Notes: generated by a model from the sequence alone, not told the origin. Shown: positions 38,888 to 50,808, numbered from the stretch's first letter. The stretch: 64,000 nt of DNA from Candidatus Hydrogenedentota bacterium (GCA_963668025.2 CAXXTH010000010.1:640001-704000); one strand, 5' to 3'. Translations and numbers: made by a program.

Positions 38888-41800
38888 TCATCGAGTTCGT
38901 AGCCACCGTAGCATGATTCGTCGTCCCTGGCCACCCGGAAGCCGATATTATGTTGGTTCGCATCTGGGGGCATCGGCTCACGGCGCGCGACCCGCAGCTC
39001 CGTGGCGTCGCCATCCAGCCAGCTTCCGCCTCGAATCACCCGATTCCCGAATTGGGCCGCCTTTGTCGGCAACACATAGAAGTTATATTCGTCCTCGACC
39101 CATTCCCAGACATTTCCGCTCATGTCATAACAGAGCGCCGGGCTCACTCCGCTGTAATAACCGACAGGCGTCGTGAAGGGCCAATTGGCGAGCCCGAGCG
39201 GATTCACCAGGTTAAAGTTGGCGTCCGCCGTGGTAATGGTGTCGGCGCTGATGCCGTAGAGCCAATGCCCATCGTCTTTCCATCCCGCGCAGTACTCCCA
39301 TTCCGATTCCGTGGGCAGCCGGTAGCCATCGGCCCAGTAATCGTAGATTACCCAATTCTCCAAATCATAGTAGACATAGTACCCGTCCATCTCACTCCAC
39401 CAGTTGCAGAAGGCCAGAGCGCCGTACCAGCTTACCTCGACCACCGGATGGCGGCTTGCATACCAATTCGAGGCAAGCTCCTCATTCCGAAGCGGAATAT
39501 AGAACCAGGACATCTCCGTGTCATACTCGATATCGCACCATTCCGAGGCTTCACCGCCGCCCTCGAGCTGAATCAGGCGCCATCCGTTGTAATACACATC
39601 GCCGCCCGTATAGACGCCCCCAATGGCATCAGTTAGAAGGCCCTCGCCAAGGGCATAATTCAACGCATGGGCATACTGGCAATTCGTTGCCTCATATGGG
39701 CTTATCGCCATCGTGCCGAAATAGGTCCAGAACGCGGGCAGCTCATTCTCCTGGGCAACCCCAAATTCACTTTCGGCGCTGGACGCACCTTGCCGGAATT
39801 CAGTCTCCCCATCCACGCACTGCGTTTGTATTTGAGGTTGGGTGATGGTGATTTCCGCATAAACGGAATCGGGCGGGTTGTTGTAATGCGCTTCATCCCA
39901 AACCGTCAGCTCAATCCGGTAGGTTCCAGGCTGATCGGGTACGAATGTGGGCATCGAAGTTTCATTGTCATTGAGAACCGACCGGCTCCCTTCGGGCTTT
40001 TCTAGTAGATACCATGAATACTCCACGGCGTCGCCTTCCGGATCTTCCGCTGAGCCTACCAGGCGGATCTCCTGCCACTGGCAGAACGAGGCATATTGGC
40101 CCGCGTCCGGAGTGGGGGGCTGGTTCTCGCGGATGGTCATGACGCTATGCGTCGCCAATGGGCTATAGTTGATGCCATCAAACACCATCAATGTGGCGAT
40201 ATATTCGCCCTGCACATCGGCGGTGAATGAGGATTCCATGGTGTCCGCAGGCGACATCACCGCTGCACTGCCTTCCGGCTTTGCGCTAAGCTCCCATGTG
40301 TACAAAAGGGCGTCGCCATCCGGATCTGAAGAGTTCACTCCAGAAAGCGAAACCACTTGCGGGCCCTCGGTGATGTCTACCGAATCAGGCCCTGTGATGA
40401 CCGCCGTAGGGGCTCGGTTGCCCGGCTCCACCGTGACCGCATGCGTGTCTGGTGCGCTATCCAGTTGCCCGTCGTTCACGATAAGCTGGAATTCATATAC
40501 TCCGGGCGCATCAGGTACGAATGTGAACGAATCCGCCGTGGGAGCGCCTATTGACGCGCTGCTGCCTTCGGGCCGGCTCAAGAGCATCCAAGCATAGCTC
40601 AATGCGTCGCCATCGGGATCAGAGGAACTCAATCCATTTAAACTGAACTTGCCGCCCGTGGGATAGCCCATCGTTGCGGTGGTGGGGCCTTCAATCACGG
40701 CTACGGGCTTCCGGTTTTCGCGGCTCGCCGTGACGGTATGCGTCGCCAACGGGCTATAGTTGATGCCGTCAAACACCCTCAACGTGGCGGTGTATTCACC
40801 GGGCAAATCGGCGGTGAACGAGGACTCCAGGGCGTCTGTTGGAGCTAGAGCCGCAGCGCTTCCTGTTGGTTTCGTGTTGAGCTCCCATGCATATGAAAGG
40901 GCGTCACCTTCCGGATCCGAGGAATTTGCACCCGAGAGTGCAACTACTTGAGGGCCTTCGGTGACATTCACCTCAGTGGGGCCGGTAATGGCAGCCGTGG
41001 GCGCTTGGTTTCCTGCATCCACGGTAACCACATGCGTGGCCTGTTCGCTGTTCAGTTGTCCATCATTCACAATGAGCTGGAACTCGTATTCACCGGGCGC
41101 ATCCGCCTGAAAACTGAACGAATCCACTGCTGGGCTGTTAATCGCCGCCATGCTGTTTTCCGGCTTGCGCAACAGTATCCAAGCATAGCTTAAGGTGTCG
41201 CCATCGGGATCAGACGAATTCACTCCGCTCAAATTGAACTTGCCGCTCGATGGATAACCCAGTGATACCGTTGAAGGGCCATCAATCACGGCCACGGGCT
41301 GATGATTGGTTGGTATCGAAGCCGTGACTGTATGCTGTGCGGGATTGCTTTCCACGCCGAGATTATCCGTTACCACCAGTTCGACGATATATGCGCCAGG
41401 CACATCTGGCGTGAAGGAGGCAGTCACGTTCGTGGCGCTATCCAAAGCGGTTTCGCTGCCTGCGGGCTTCGAGACGAAGCTCCATGCATAGGAAGCAATC
41501 GCGCCATCGGGATCGTAAGAGTTTTCGCCACTCAGCGAGACGCCTCCATTCTTGGCCTTTATGGTATATGTGCCAGGCCCCGTGATGACCGCGACGGGCC
41601 GCACGTTGGTGATGCTAAGCGTGAACGTGGTGGCGGAGTCGGATAAGGATTCATCCCGCACCACCAAACGGACTACATAATCACCTACTTTATCCGCGAC
41701 AAAGGTGGGCGCTACAGTATTGGCATTGGAGAGGGCCGCGGCGCTGCCTGCCGGCCGGCTAACGAAAGACCATTCATACGTGATTACATCACCATCCGGA

Positions 41801-42300
41801 TCGCTCGAATCGCTGCCATCCAGCGCCACCAGGCCCGTGCTAATCGTCACCGGATTGACTTTAGCCACTGCTTCAGGCGGGTTATTATCCCCTGGGGCTT
41901 CCACGACGATGGCCTGGCATGTGATGTCGGAATCCCCATTCGACAGTGTCACCGTCAGGCAAACGGTATATGTTCCCACCACCGCATACGCATGCACCGC
42001 ATCTTGGCCTTGGCTCCATGCGCCATCGCCAAAATCCCATCGATAACTTACGATATAGACTTCTTCATAGGTATCATATTCATCTGGGTCGCGAAATTTA
42101 TCGTCCGCCAGGACAAGCGGGGGCAAGACCTGCGCATTCCCTTCAAATTCAATGGCTTGTCCTGGCGTAGCCGTGTGGGTGCTGGCCGTGAAGCCCGCAA
42201 TAAGCGATTTGCCCCCTAGAGGGCATCCGATGCACAGAATGGGCAGCATCCCTACTATCGCCCATGCGGCATATTTGTTGATTCTCGTGTTCGAAGCCAT
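38875..42300 (-). CDS. Surface lipoprotein with PKD/Ig-like repeats and C-terminal FGE-sulfatase domain
   Basis: Lipobox CIGC; WDFGDG; repeated SSDPDGD..Y.W; YRLPTESEWE, DMSGNVWEW, RGGSW, IGFR. Confidence 0.9.
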   Translation of the reverse strand: MASNTRINKYAAWAIVGMLPILCIGCPLGGKSLIAGFTASTHTATPGQAIEFEGNAQVLPPLVLADDKFRDPDEYDTYEEVYIVSYRWDFGDGAWSQGQDAVHAYAVVGTYTVCLTVTLSNGDSDITCQAIVVEAPGDNNPPEAVAKVNPVTISTGLVALDGSDSSDPDGDVITYEWSFVSRPAGSAAALSNANTVAPTFVADKVGDYVVRLVVRDESLSDSATTFTLSITNVRPVAVITGPGTYTIKAKNGGVSLSGENSYDPDGAIASYAWSFVSKPAGSETALDSATNVTASFTPDVPGAYIVELVVTDNLGVESNPAQHTVTASIPTNHQPVAVIDGPSTVSLGYPSSGKFNLSGVNSSDPDGDTLSYAWILLRKPENSMAAINSPAVDSFSFQADAPGEYEFQLIVNDGQLNSEQATHVVTVDAGNQAPTAAITGPTEVNVTEGPQVVALSGANSSDPEGDALSYAWELNTKPTGSAAALAPTDALESSFTADLPGEYTATLRVFDGINYSPLATHTVTASRENRKPVAVIEGPTTATMGYPTGGKFSLNGLSSSDPDGDALSYAWMLLSRPEGSSASIGAPTADSFTFVPDAPGVYEFQLIVNDGQLDSAPDTHAVTVEPGNRAPTAVITGPDSVDITEGPQVVSLSGVNSSDPDGDALLYTWELSAKPEGSAAVMSPADTMESSFTADVQGEYIATLMVFDGINYSPLATHSVMTIRENQPPTPDAGQYASFCQWQEIRLVGSAEDPEGDAVEYSWYLLEKPEGSRSVLNDNETSMPTFVPDQPGTYRIELTVWDEAHYNNPPDSVYAEITITQPQIQTQCVDGETEFRQGASSAESEFGVAQENELPAFWTYFGTMAISPYEATNCQYAHALNYALGEGLLTDAIGGVYTGGDVYYNGWRLIQLEGGGEASEWCDIEYDTEMSWFYIPLRNEELASNWYASRHPVVEVSWYGALAFCNWWSEMDGYYVYYDLENWVIYDYWADGYRLPTESEWEYCAGWKDDGHWLYGISADTITTADANFNLVNPLGLANWPFTTPVGYYSGVSPALCYDMSGNVWEWVEDEYNFYVLPTKAAQFGNRVIRGGSWLDGDATELRVARREPMPPDANQHNIGFRVARDDESCYGGYELDDYGE
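40121..41300. repeat. Intragenic tandem duplication, 591-bp period (two PKD-like domains per unit)
   Basis: Near-identical segments offset by 591 nt, e.g. gcgtcgccaa.gggctatagttgatgcc at about 40149 and 40740. Confidence 0.85.
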
Positions 42301-42804
42301 AACGCCGTCCTCCCCTCCAAATCCGAACTTAGGACAAACTCTAGACCACGAATGCTGCAAGACAAGTGATGTTTCTATCTATTGCCTTTTTTGTATGCTG
42401 CTCTCCAATTCTATTAAAGTTTTTAATTTTCTCCGCATTGCAGAAACTGGAAATTCAATTAAATATAGGGCGTCTATAATATTATTTCGTTGTGGCAAAT
42501 TATGCAAATTAAAAATTGTGCGTAAAGTAGAAAACTCTTGTATCGCACATTCCGCTGAAAAGAGGATGGCAATAATGAAGGGGCGGGGTCTGAGGTGGTT
42601 TTCAACCAACCCACTCTGTTTAACTTGAAAATACGCGAAAAGCGGATCTGCAATTAACGAGTGTCGTTCGCTTGTGTCTGGTAGCCGGTAGTTCTTATTG
42701 CTTTTGCCGTTCGTTTGACCAGTTTGACCAGTCCCCCAAAAACGTAACGGGCTGCTTCAAATCTATAAGACGCACTAAAAGACGGACTTTTTGTGATCCA
42801 CTGT

Positions 42805-44463
42805 TTAGTATTCGCTATCACTAATCATATGAGCAACGTCTTCGGGAGATAACGCTGTTCTAAGAAGTTGTCGAAAATGACGATTCTGGATCGTTTTACT
42901 GGTTAGGGCAAGCATTTGAAGCTGGGCGGTAGGAGATTGCGATGGAGAGAGGATAAGGAAAACGAACTCTATGGGGTATTCGGTAACGACATCCACTATT
43001 CCATGGCGAGTCAGGCCTAAGGCAAGCCGAGGCATGGACAAGCCGTCTAGTCGTGCATGGGGAAAAGCGACGCCTTCGTTGAAAAAAGTCGATCCTTGCT
43101 GTTCACGTTCCCATAGTTTTCGCGAAGCTTCAGCAAGCTGGCTCTGCTCACTATCACCCAAGGCGGCTTTCGCTAAGGCGTTTAGAACTTCTTCTTTCAA
43201 AACAGGTTCATCCCAAATCACAATGCTGTCTCGTAAAAGAAACTGCTTCAGAGAGAGAAGACTTGGGCTTGTCTCAAGCTGGCGAGATGGCGTATTCGAT
43301 GGCGGTTCGCCAGCAGTTGGCGTTATCTTGGCCGCTTTATGCGTATCAAGTATAACGATGGTCATGCCTTCCGCATTTTCCACAAGACGTTCCACGATAC
43401 TGCGCTTGCCGTGTAGTTTTTGAAAAAACGGCACTTTTCTTGGCGTTCCGATTACAATGTGCCCAACGTGATATTCATTCGCAAAGCGCAAAATCGTTTC
43501 CGATACATCCTCGCCTTTATACGTAAAAACCATTGCTCCTAGTTGCTTCGCCAGCGTTAGCGTTCCGGACAAGATGCGTTGCGTTTCAGCGTCGATGGCG
43601 GTCGGCTCTTCCGATGGCGTTTGAACGTATAAGGCATACCAATTTCGGTTCAAACGGCCTGCAAGACGTGACGCATAACGAAGAAGCCTTTCACAGTTAG
43701 GTCCGGCGGAACTTAGGCAAACCATAACCTGTTCGGCGGTTAGCGACGTTTCTTGTTCTTCGGGGGTGCGGCGGCGGAAATCGATTTGCGAAGCCAATTC
43801 ACGCAGTGTGATTTCCCGGAGCTGCCCGAGATGGGACTCGGTAAAGAAATTGCCCAGCGCCGTTTCGATGCGGTCCGCCGGATAAATCTTGCCTTGCTCC
43901 AAGCGTCGGCGCAGGTCTTCCGTAGTGATGTCTACGTTCACGATCTGGTCCGCTTCGGCCAAAACATTGTCCGGCAAGCGTTCCCGCACTTTAATGCCGA
44001 CCGCTGACTCAACCGTATCGTAGAGGCTCTCCAAATGCTGTACGTTGAGCGTCGTGATAACGTGAATACCCGCTTCCAGAATGTCCTGCACATCTTCGTA
44101 GCGTTTTTGATTTTTTCCACCAGGAACATTCGTATGCGCCAGTTCATCGATCAGAACGACTTTGGGCTTTCGTGCGAGAACCGCGTCGACATCCATTTCC
44201 TCCAGCGCTATGCCGCGATATTCCTGGCGGAATCGCGGAACGATTTCCAATCCATCGACCAGATGGGCCGTCTCCTCGCGTCCGTGCGTTTCGACAAAGC
44301 CGACAACGACATCGACGCCTTCCGTTTTCAAACGATGCCCTTCCGCCAGCATTTGGCAGGTTTTGCCGACGCCCGCGCAATAGCCCAGGTAAACCTTGAG
44401 ACGGCCGCGTTGTGCGCGGCGGATCATGCGCAGAAAACTGCTGGCCTTGTCATCTGCCGCCAT
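42805..44463 (-). CDS. kdpD: KdpD N-terminal sensor (KdpD+Usp) fused to a PTS EIIA domain; no kinase domain
   Basis: GRLKVYLGYCAGVGKT, DELAHTN, TTLNVQHLESL; Usp domain; GSTFFNEGVAFPHAR EIIA motif. Confidence 0.88.
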   Translation of the reverse strand: MAADDKASSFLRMIRRAQRGRLKVYLGYCAGVGKTCQMLAEGHRLKTEGVDVVVGFVETHGREETAHLVDGLEIVPRFRQEYRGIALEEMDVDAVLARKPKVVLIDELAHTNVPGGKNQKRYEDVQDILEAGIHVITTLNVQHLESLYDTVESAVGIKVRERLPDNVLAEADQIVNVDITTEDLRRRLEQGKIYPADRIETALGNFFTESHLGQLREITLRELASQIDFRRRTPEEQETSLTAEQVMVCLSSAGPNCERLLRYASRLAGRLNRNWYALYVQTPSEEPTAIDAETQRILSGTLTLAKQLGAMVFTYKGEDVSETILRFANEYHVGHIVIGTPRKVPFFQKLHGKRSIVERLVENAEGMTIVILDTHKAAKITPTAGEPPSNTPSRQLETSPSLLSLKQFLLRDSIVIWDEPVLKEEVLNALAKAALGDSEQSQLAEASRKLWEREQQGSTFFNEGVAFPHARLDGLSMPRLALGLTRHGIVDVVTEYPIEFVFLILSPSQSPTAQLQMLALTSKTIQNRHFRQLLRTALSPEDVAHMISDSEY

Positions 44464-44466
44464 AGC

Positions 44467-45060
44467 CTACTTTCCAGCCGCTGCCCGCCGGTCGAGGGCG
44501 AGGTTCGTTTGCAACACATTAACGCGAGGCTCTCCCAATACGCCCAAGGCCCGGCCTTCGGTATGTTTCCGGATTTCCTCGTTTATCACATCGGGAGGCA
44601 CGCCACGCGCTTTAGCGATGCGAGAAGCCTGCAACAAGGCATTTTCTACACTAATATGCGGATCAAGTCCACTCGCGGAAGCCATGACCGCATCGGCGGG
44701 AACTTGTATCTCGCGAGACAGGCCGTTCTCATTGCGATATTCGTCAACGCACTTCCGCGTTTTCTCTATTAGCACCTTTGAAGTTGGCCCCAAGTTGCTG
44801 CCGCCCGAAGCCATCGTATCGTAGCCGTTTCCGGCCGCGGAAGGGCGAGGATGCAAATACTGGGGGCTCTTAAAGGCCTGGCCAAGCAAGTCCGAGCCGA
44901 CGGCGCTCCCATTATGATAAACTATAGAGCCGTTGGCCTTGCCGGGAAACAACCCTTGCGCGGCAACAAAAACCGCCAAAGGATAGAGGCCGCATACAAG
45001 CACGGCCAATGCCGCTGTTAGGACAACCGATATTCTCAATTCATTAACAAAGTGTTTCAT
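44467..45060 (-). CDS. kdpC: K+-transporting ATPase subunit C
   Basis: ANGS, PRPSA, SGGSNLGPTS, ASASGLDPHIS. Confidence 0.95.
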   Translation of the reverse strand: MKHFVNELRISVVLTAALAVLVCGLYPLAVFVAAQGLFPGKANGSIVYHNGSAVGSDLLGQAFKSPQYLHPRPSAAGNGYDTMASGGSNLGPTSKVLIEKTRKCVDEYRNENGLSREIQVPADAVMASASGLDPHISVENALLQASRIAKARGVPPDVINEEIRKHTEGRALGVLGEPRVNVLQTNLALDRRAAAGK

Positions 45061-45070
45061 GGCGATATCC

Positions 45071-47089
45071 TCAGACGGCATGGAGCACATTCACAAGCAC
45101 GTCGATCAGTTTTATTCCAACAAATGGGGCAATCAGGCCGCCGCCGCCGTAAATAAACAAATTCCGCTGTAAAAGCGCTTGCGCCGTCATGGGACGGAAG
45201 GCTACGCCGCGCAACGCCAGCGGGATCAGCGCAACGATGATCAGCGCATTGAAAATGACAGCGCTTAGAATAGCGCTGGAGGGCGAACCGAGCCGCATGA
45301 CATTGAGTGGCGCGATCATCGGAAACGCGCTGATGAGCATAGCCGGTATGATGGCAAAATACTTGGCGACATCGTTGGCGATACTGAACGTCGTTAGCGC
45401 GCCGCGCGTCATCAGCATTTGCTTTCCGATCTCGACGATCTCGATGAGCTTCGTCGGATTGGAATCCAAGTCAACCATATTGCCCGCTTCTTTGGCGGCT
45501 TGCGTCCCGGTATTCATCGCTACGCCAACATCGGCTTGCGCCAGCGCGGGCGCATCGTTCGTGCCGTCGCCCGTCATGGCGACCAAATGGCCCGAGGCTT
45601 GTTCCTGGCGAATCAAGGCCAATTTGTCTTCGGGCTTCGCCTCGGCGAGGAAATCGTCCACGCCCGCTTCCTTGGCGATGGCGGTGGCCGTCAGCTTGTT
45701 GTCGCCGGTAATCATGACCGTCTTAATGCCCATCGCGCGGAAACGTTCAAAACGGTCGCGCAATCCGCCTTTTACAACATCCTTCAGATAAACAACCCCC
45801 AAGGCCTTGCCGTTTTCCGCAACGGCCAGCGGCGTCCCGCCCGCCCGCGATACCGCGCCCACCGCATCCTCGACTTCGCCCGGCAGCGGCGTTTCGAGAA
45901 AATCGCGGATAGCTTGCGCCGCGCCTTTCCGTATCCGCCGCCCGCCAAGGTCGACGCCGCTCATGCGCGTCTGCGCCGAAAACGAGACGAATTGAGCATG
46001 CGGCATTTCGGAAATAGCGCGCCCGCGCAGGCCATATTGTTTCGCGAGCACAACGATGCTCCGGCCTTCGGGCGTTTCGTCGGCCAGCGACGCCAATTGT
46101 GCGGCATCGGCCAATTGTTCCAGAGAAACACCTTGCGCTGGAATGAACTGAACGGCTTCGCGATTGCCAAGTGTAATCGTGCCGGTCTTATCCAGCAGCA
46201 AGACGTTTACGTCGCCCGCAGCCTCGACAGCCCGCCCGCTCATGGCTAGCACGTTCTTTTGTACGAGCCGGTCGATTCCGGCAATCCCAATGGCGCTAAG
46301 CAATCCGCCAATCGTAGTAGGGATTAGACAGACCAGCAAGGCGGCCAACACCGCAATGGAGAAATCCACGCCTGAATAGATACCAAAAAATTTCAACGTG
46401 GTGATCGCGGCAAGAAATATAATCGTCAATGCGGAAAGCAGGATAGCCAGCGCGATCTCATTGGGTGTTTTTTGCCGTTGCGCGCCTTCCACCAATCCTA
46501 TCATGCGGTCCAAAAAACTCTCGCCCGGATTCGCCGTTACACGGATCTTAATCTGGTCGGACAGAACGCGCGTGCCGCCCGTTACGGCGCTACGGTCGCC
46601 CCCGGCCTCTCGAATGACCGGCGCGGACTCGCCCGTAATGGCCGACTCGTCGACTGTCGCAATGCCTTCCGTAATTTCGCCGTCAGCAGGAATGATCTCG
46701 CCTGCGGAGACTAGCGCGAGATCGTTCTTCCGTAAACTCTCCGCGGAAACCTGCTCAATGGCGCCATTGGCCCGCAGGCGATTGGCCATTGTATGCGTGC
46801 GCGTTTTGCGCAGCGCATCCGCTTGCGCCTTGCCACGGCCTTCGGCGATGGCCTCCGCGAAGTTCGCAAACAGCACCGTAAACCACAACCAGAGGGCGAT
46901 CTGGAGCACGAACCCCGAAGATTCGCCTTCTGAAATCATGAATAGGTTGAGGGTCGTAATGAACGCCCCTACCTCGGTAACGAACATAACCGGGTTTTTC
47001 ATCATCGAAATGGGGTTGAGCTTTTTGAACGAATCGGCCAACGCCCGGAAAATAATGCCTCGTTCAAACAATGCGCGTTTCTTAGCCAT
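45071..47089 (-). CDS. kdpB: K+-transporting ATPase subunit B
   Basis: [31 protein letters not shown]. Confidence 0.97.
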   Translation of the reverse strand: MAKKRALFERGIIFRALADSFKKLNPISMMKNPVMFVTEVGAFITTLNLFMISEGESSGFVLQIALWLWFTVLFANFAEAIAEGRGKAQADALRKTRTHTMANRLRANGAIEQVSAESLRKNDLALVSAGEIIPADGEITEGIATVDESAITGESAPVIREAGGDRSAVTGGTRVLSDQIKIRVTANPGESFLDRMIGLVEGAQRQKTPNEIALAILLSALTIIFLAAITTLKFFGIYSGVDFSIAVLAALLVCLIPTTIGGLLSAIGIAGIDRLVQKNVLAMSGRAVEAAGDVNVLLLDKTGTITLGNREAVQFIPAQGVSLEQLADAAQLASLADETPEGRSIVVLAKQYGLRGRAISEMPHAQFVSFSAQTRMSGVDLGGRRIRKGAAQAIRDFLETPLPGEVEDAVGAVSRAGGTPLAVAENGKALGVVYLKDVVKGGLRDRFERFRAMGIKTVMITGDNKLTATAIAKEAGVDDFLAEAKPEDKLALIRQEQASGHLVAMTGDGTNDAPALAQADVGVAMNTGTQAAKEAGNMVDLDSNPTKLIEIVEIGKQMLMTRGALTTFSIANDVAKYFAIIPAMLISAFPMIAPLNVMRLGSPSSAILSAVIFNALIIVALIPLALRGVAFRPMTAQALLQRNLFIYGGGGLIAPFVGIKLIDVLVNVLHAV

Positions 47090-47102
47090 ATCGTTTAGCC
47101 TT

Positions 47103-48839
47103 TCAATGTAATGCGTGTGAGGCAGTCATGATGAAGTGCTCGACAATTGGACCGAGCGCCAGCGCGGGTAAGAAGGTCAGCGCGCCTACAATAAGGATCG
47201 TGCCGGCGAGTAGAATGCCGAAGGTCGCGCCTGCCACGGGAAAGCTGCCTCCGCTGATCGGAAGCTGTTTTTTTTGCGCCAAGTTTCCGGCGAGCGCAAG
47301 CACGGGAAGCATCATGAGAAAACGGCCCTCCAGCATCGCAATCGCCAGCGTAACATTATAGGCGGGCGTATTCGCGGAAAGCCCGGCAAAGGCGCTGCCA
47401 TTGTTGCCCGTGGCGGAGCTAAACGCATAGAGGATTTCACTGAATCCATGAGGCCCTTGATTGGCAAGGCCCGAAAGCCCCCATGGGCAGACACAGGCCC
47501 ATGCCGTAAAACCGAGAATACTGAAGATAGCCACTAGCACGAACAGCACGGCCAGCTTCACGTCGTGGGCTTCAATTTTTTTGCCTAGATATTCCGGCGT
47601 GCGTCCTACCATCAGGCCCGCAAGAAAGACCGCCAAGATGACGAAAATCAGCATCCCATATAATCCAGAACCCACGCCCCCGAAAATGATTTCGCCCAGT
47701 TGTATATTCACCAACGGGACAAGCCCGCCCAGCGGCGTGAATGAATCGTGCATCGCATTAACGGCCCCGCACGAGGCATCGGTCGTAATCGTGGCGAACA
47801 GCGCGGAATTGAAAATGCCGAAGCGGGTTTCTTTCCCTTCCATGTTGCCATCGGACGGATTTACGCCCAGCGTGTGGATTCCAGGATTTCCCGAAGCCTC
47901 GGCCCACCAGCATACCAGCACGCCGCATGCAAATATGCACGCCATGCACGCCCAAACCGTCCAGCCATGGCGCTGATTTTTTACCATTCGCCCGAGGTAA
48001 TACGTCAGGCCGCTTGGAATGAGGAAGATGGAAAGCATCTGAACAAAATTGGATAACGGCGTCGGATTCTCGAACGGATGAGCCGAGTTGGCATTAAAAA
48101 ATCCGCCACCATTTGTTCCCAACATTTTTATTGCTTCTTGTGACGCTACCGGGCCTTGAGGAATCGTTTGCGATGTGCCTGGCGTTTCACCCGAAACAAC
48201 CTCTAATGGCGTTATGGATATATACTCCCGGAAATTCTGCACTACGCCCTGGCTTACCAAAAAAAGCGCATAAACAAAGCAAGCAGGCGCTAGTAGATAA
48301 AGCGTTATGCGAATCAAGTCAGTCCAAAAGTTGCCAACTATATGTGCGGTCGAACGCGCCAAACCGCGTACAAGCGCCGCCGCAACTGCAATGCCCGCCG
48401 CCGCGCTGGCAAAATTATGAAAGGCGAGGCCAACCATTTGCGAAAAATACGACATGGTGGATTCGCCCGGATAACTTTGCCAATTGGTATTGGTTGTAAA
48501 ACTGGCGGACGTGTTGAACGCCAAATCCCACGATAAATTCCAGAAATGCTCCGGATTAAGCGGCAGATATTGTTGCAGCCGCAAGATGGCGTAGGTAAAG
48601 AACAAGCCTACGGCGCTAAACAAACACAGCGAAAACGCATACTGCTTCCACGTCTGTTCCTCGAACGGATCGACACGAGCAACTCTATAAAGGAAAATTT
48701 CGAACGGTTTGACCAACGGATCGAGCATCGTCTTTTCTTTTGGGTCGAGCACTCGATACAGGCATATGCCTACTGGCTTAGTTAAAACTAACAAGACTCC
48801 AATAAAAAGCATGAATTGAATCCAGCCATGGATATCCAT
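47103..48839 (-). CDS. kdpA: K+-transporting ATPase subunit A
   Basis: [35 protein letters not shown]. Confidence 0.97.
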   Translation of the reverse strand: MDIHGWIQFMLFIGVLLVLTKPVGICLYRVLDPKEKTMLDPLVKPFEIFLYRVARVDPFEEQTWKQYAFSLCLFSAVGLFFTYAILRLQQYLPLNPEHFWNLSWDLAFNTSASFTTNTNWQSYPGESTMSYFSQMVGLAFHNFASAAAGIAVAAALVRGLARSTAHIVGNFWTDLIRITLYLLAPACFVYALFLVSQGVVQNFREYISITPLEVVSGETPGTSQTIPQGPVASQEAIKMLGTNGGGFFNANSAHPFENPTPLSNFVQMLSIFLIPSGLTYYLGRMVKNQRHGWTVWACMACIFACGVLVCWWAEASGNPGIHTLGVNPSDGNMEGKETRFGIFNSALFATITTDASCGAVNAMHDSFTPLGGLVPLVNIQLGEIIFGGVGSGLYGMLIFVILAVFLAGLMVGRTPEYLGKKIEAHDVKLAVLFVLVAIFSILGFTAWACVCPWGLSGLANQGPHGFSEILYAFSSATGNNGSAFAGLSANTPAYNVTLAIAMLEGRFLMMLPVLALAGNLAQKKQLPISGGSFPVAGATFGILLAGTILIVGALTFLPALALGPIVEHFIMTASHALH

Positions 48840-48849
48840 CAGAGCCTCC

Positions 48850-48930
48850 TCAAAACCATTCCGGCTTGAACACGGAAACGAAGAGATACGCTAGTAGCGC
48901 AATGACAACTAATCCAACGATTGCATTCAT
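48850..48930 (-). CDS. kdpF: KdpF (26 aa; not in the ORF track)
   Basis: MNAIVGLVVIALLAYLFVSVFKPEWF*, directly upstream of kdpA. Confidence 0.88.
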   Translation of the reverse strand: MNAIVGLVVIALLAYLFVSVFKPEWF

Positions 48931-50777
48931 AATCGAATACCTTCTGTAGCAGATGCCTGTTTGTCATCCGCTCTTTTCAGCGAGAACGAAAATACACTGC
49001 CTTCACCCAGTTGGCTTTCAACGCGAATCTCGCCGCCGTGCGCCACAACGATTTCCTTGGCAATGGCAAGTCCAAGTCCCGCGCCGGAACTGCCTTGTTC
49101 GGGAACTCGAAAAAACTGTTCGAACACGCGTGGCAAATACTCAGGCGCAATACCCGCTCCGGTGTCGGATACGGCGTACCAGACTGTCTTTTCCTCCACT
49201 TTCGCCGAAACGGTAATGTGGCCGCCCGGCAAGGTATATGTAAGCGCGTTTGTCAAAAGATTGCCGAAAACGTGTGAGATTCGCGTGGGGTCCGCATATA
49301 CCGGCGGCAAGCTGGAAGGAAGCGAAGCGGCCAGCATAATGCCGCAATCTTGGGCTTTTGTCCTATATGTCTCTATCGAACTGGCCGCCAGCGCCGCCGC
49401 ATCAACCGGTTGGAGGTCCATTTGAGCACGGCCGGATTGGATGCGGGCAATGTCCAGCAAATCCTCAACAATGGCGTACAAACGTTCGCAGTCTTCACGC
49501 GCGGTAGCCAGCAATTCTTCTTGTTTGGGCATTAGCGTGCCGAGCTTGTCGTCCAACAATAAATAAAGCGCCATACGAATAGAGGTCAGTGGTGTTTTCA
49601 GTTGATGCGACACCGTGGAAACAAGCCCGCGCTTGAGTTCCTCTTGTTGCTCAAGTTGTGTTGCGTCGTGCAATAGCAACGTAATGCCCACGGGCTGGTT
49701 AAGGCTGTCCAATACAGGTACGGCTTCCGGGCGATAAAATCGTTCCTTCCCCCCGATGAAAACCTGAATCAGATGATCCCCCTCGGCAAGTTCTTCGCGA
49801 TGGCCCGACTGTATAGCCCGCCGCACAAGCACCTCCATCCATGGATTCCTGCATTCCCGCAACGGACATCCGACCTCGATGCCAAACACCGCCCGCGCAG
49901 CTTTCGTCACTACTTCAACGGTTTCGTCCAGATCGACAACGATAATGGCGGCAGACAAGCTTTCCAATGCTTGTTGAGTCGACCGTTGAATATTCATCAT
50001 CTTGGCTTCGTTCGTACGGCGATAGGCCCGCAAGCTTGACGCCATGGCGTCGAAAGCCTGCGCTAATTGCCCCATCTCATCGTGCGAGACCGTACCAACC
50101 ACCAGATCTAAATTGCCATGTGCGATCTCGTTTGCAGACGCTGTCAACGCCATAATCGGACGTAAAATCCATAAACCGGTGTAATAAATAAACGTAACCG
50201 CAATGCCAAACCCACAAACGAATAGGAAATACATGCGCTGGCTCGCTTGAGCCGCCTTTTGCCGAGCTGCCATATTGGCATCGGCCATGTTTTGTTGATT
50301 CATTAAAAGTATATGGTTGGCGGATTCTTTAACTGCTTGAAAAAACGGAAGCAGCTCCGCAAAATATTGCTTTCGGCGCATATCCATTGGTTTCGACGCA
50401 TCTAGGACCTGCTTGAGCATATCTTGATACTTCGAATAATTCTCCTCCAATCCCTTGAATGTGTTTCCTTCGTCCGGCAGCGTAATATTGCCACTCTCCA
50501 CACGCATAGCCTTATCAAATCTCGCCGTATGCTCCCGGATTTGCTCTTTCCCCTCAGATACATACCCCAACATAGTGAATACGACGCCGCTGTCCACCCG
50601 ATCCAGGCTTTCCTTCATATCTTGGCAAGCAATGACGCTACGGTAATTTTCCTGCAAAATGACATCTATCGATTGCCCTAACTCGTTTATACGCAGGATT
50701 CCTTGAATGCCGATAATCAAAATGACCAGCAGCAGTCCGCCAAATCCTAGCGAAAGCTTTGAGCGTAATCCGAACAC
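48927..50777 (-). CDS. Sensor histidine kinase (4-helix sensor, HAMP, PAS-like, HisKA, HATPase)
   Basis: SHQLKTPLTSI, NLLTNA, DTGAGI, GLGLAI; AAGGAG RBS before GTG 50777. Confidence 0.92.
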   Translation of the reverse strand: MFGLRSKLSLGFGGLLLVILIIGIQGILRINELGQSIDVILQENYRSVIACQDMKESLDRVDSGVVFTMLGYVSEGKEQIREHTARFDKAMRVESGNITLPDEGNTFKGLEENYSKYQDMLKQVLDASKPMDMRRKQYFAELLPFFQAVKESANHILLMNQQNMADANMAARQKAAQASQRMYFLFVCGFGIAVTFIYYTGLWILRPIMALTASANEIAHGNLDLVVGTVSHDEMGQLAQAFDAMASSLRAYRRTNEAKMMNIQRSTQQALESLSAAIIVVDLDETVEVVTKAARAVFGIEVGCPLRECRNPWMEVLVRRAIQSGHREELAEGDHLIQVFIGGKERFYRPEAVPVLDSLNQPVGITLLLHDATQLEQQEELKRGLVSTVSHQLKTPLTSIRMALYLLLDDKLGTLMPKQEELLATAREDCERLYAIVEDLLDIARIQSGRAQMDLQPVDAAALAASSIETYRTKAQDCGIMLAASLPSSLPPVYADPTRISHVFGNLLTNALTYTLPGGHITVSAKVEEKTVWYAVSDTGAGIAPEYLPRVFEQFFRVPEQGSSGAGLGLAIAKEIVVAHGGEIRVESQLGEGSVFSFSLKRADDKQASATEGIRL

Positions 50778-50808
50778 TGCACATGCTCCTTTCTTGCTTT
50801 TCCTAGAG

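Noticed and set aside
38875-39100. Diversity-generating retroelement (FGE/CLec C-terminus plus RTs in the window)
   Set aside because: No template-repeat copy of this region seen; both RTs lie inside complete group II introns and have YADD rather than DGR-type motifs
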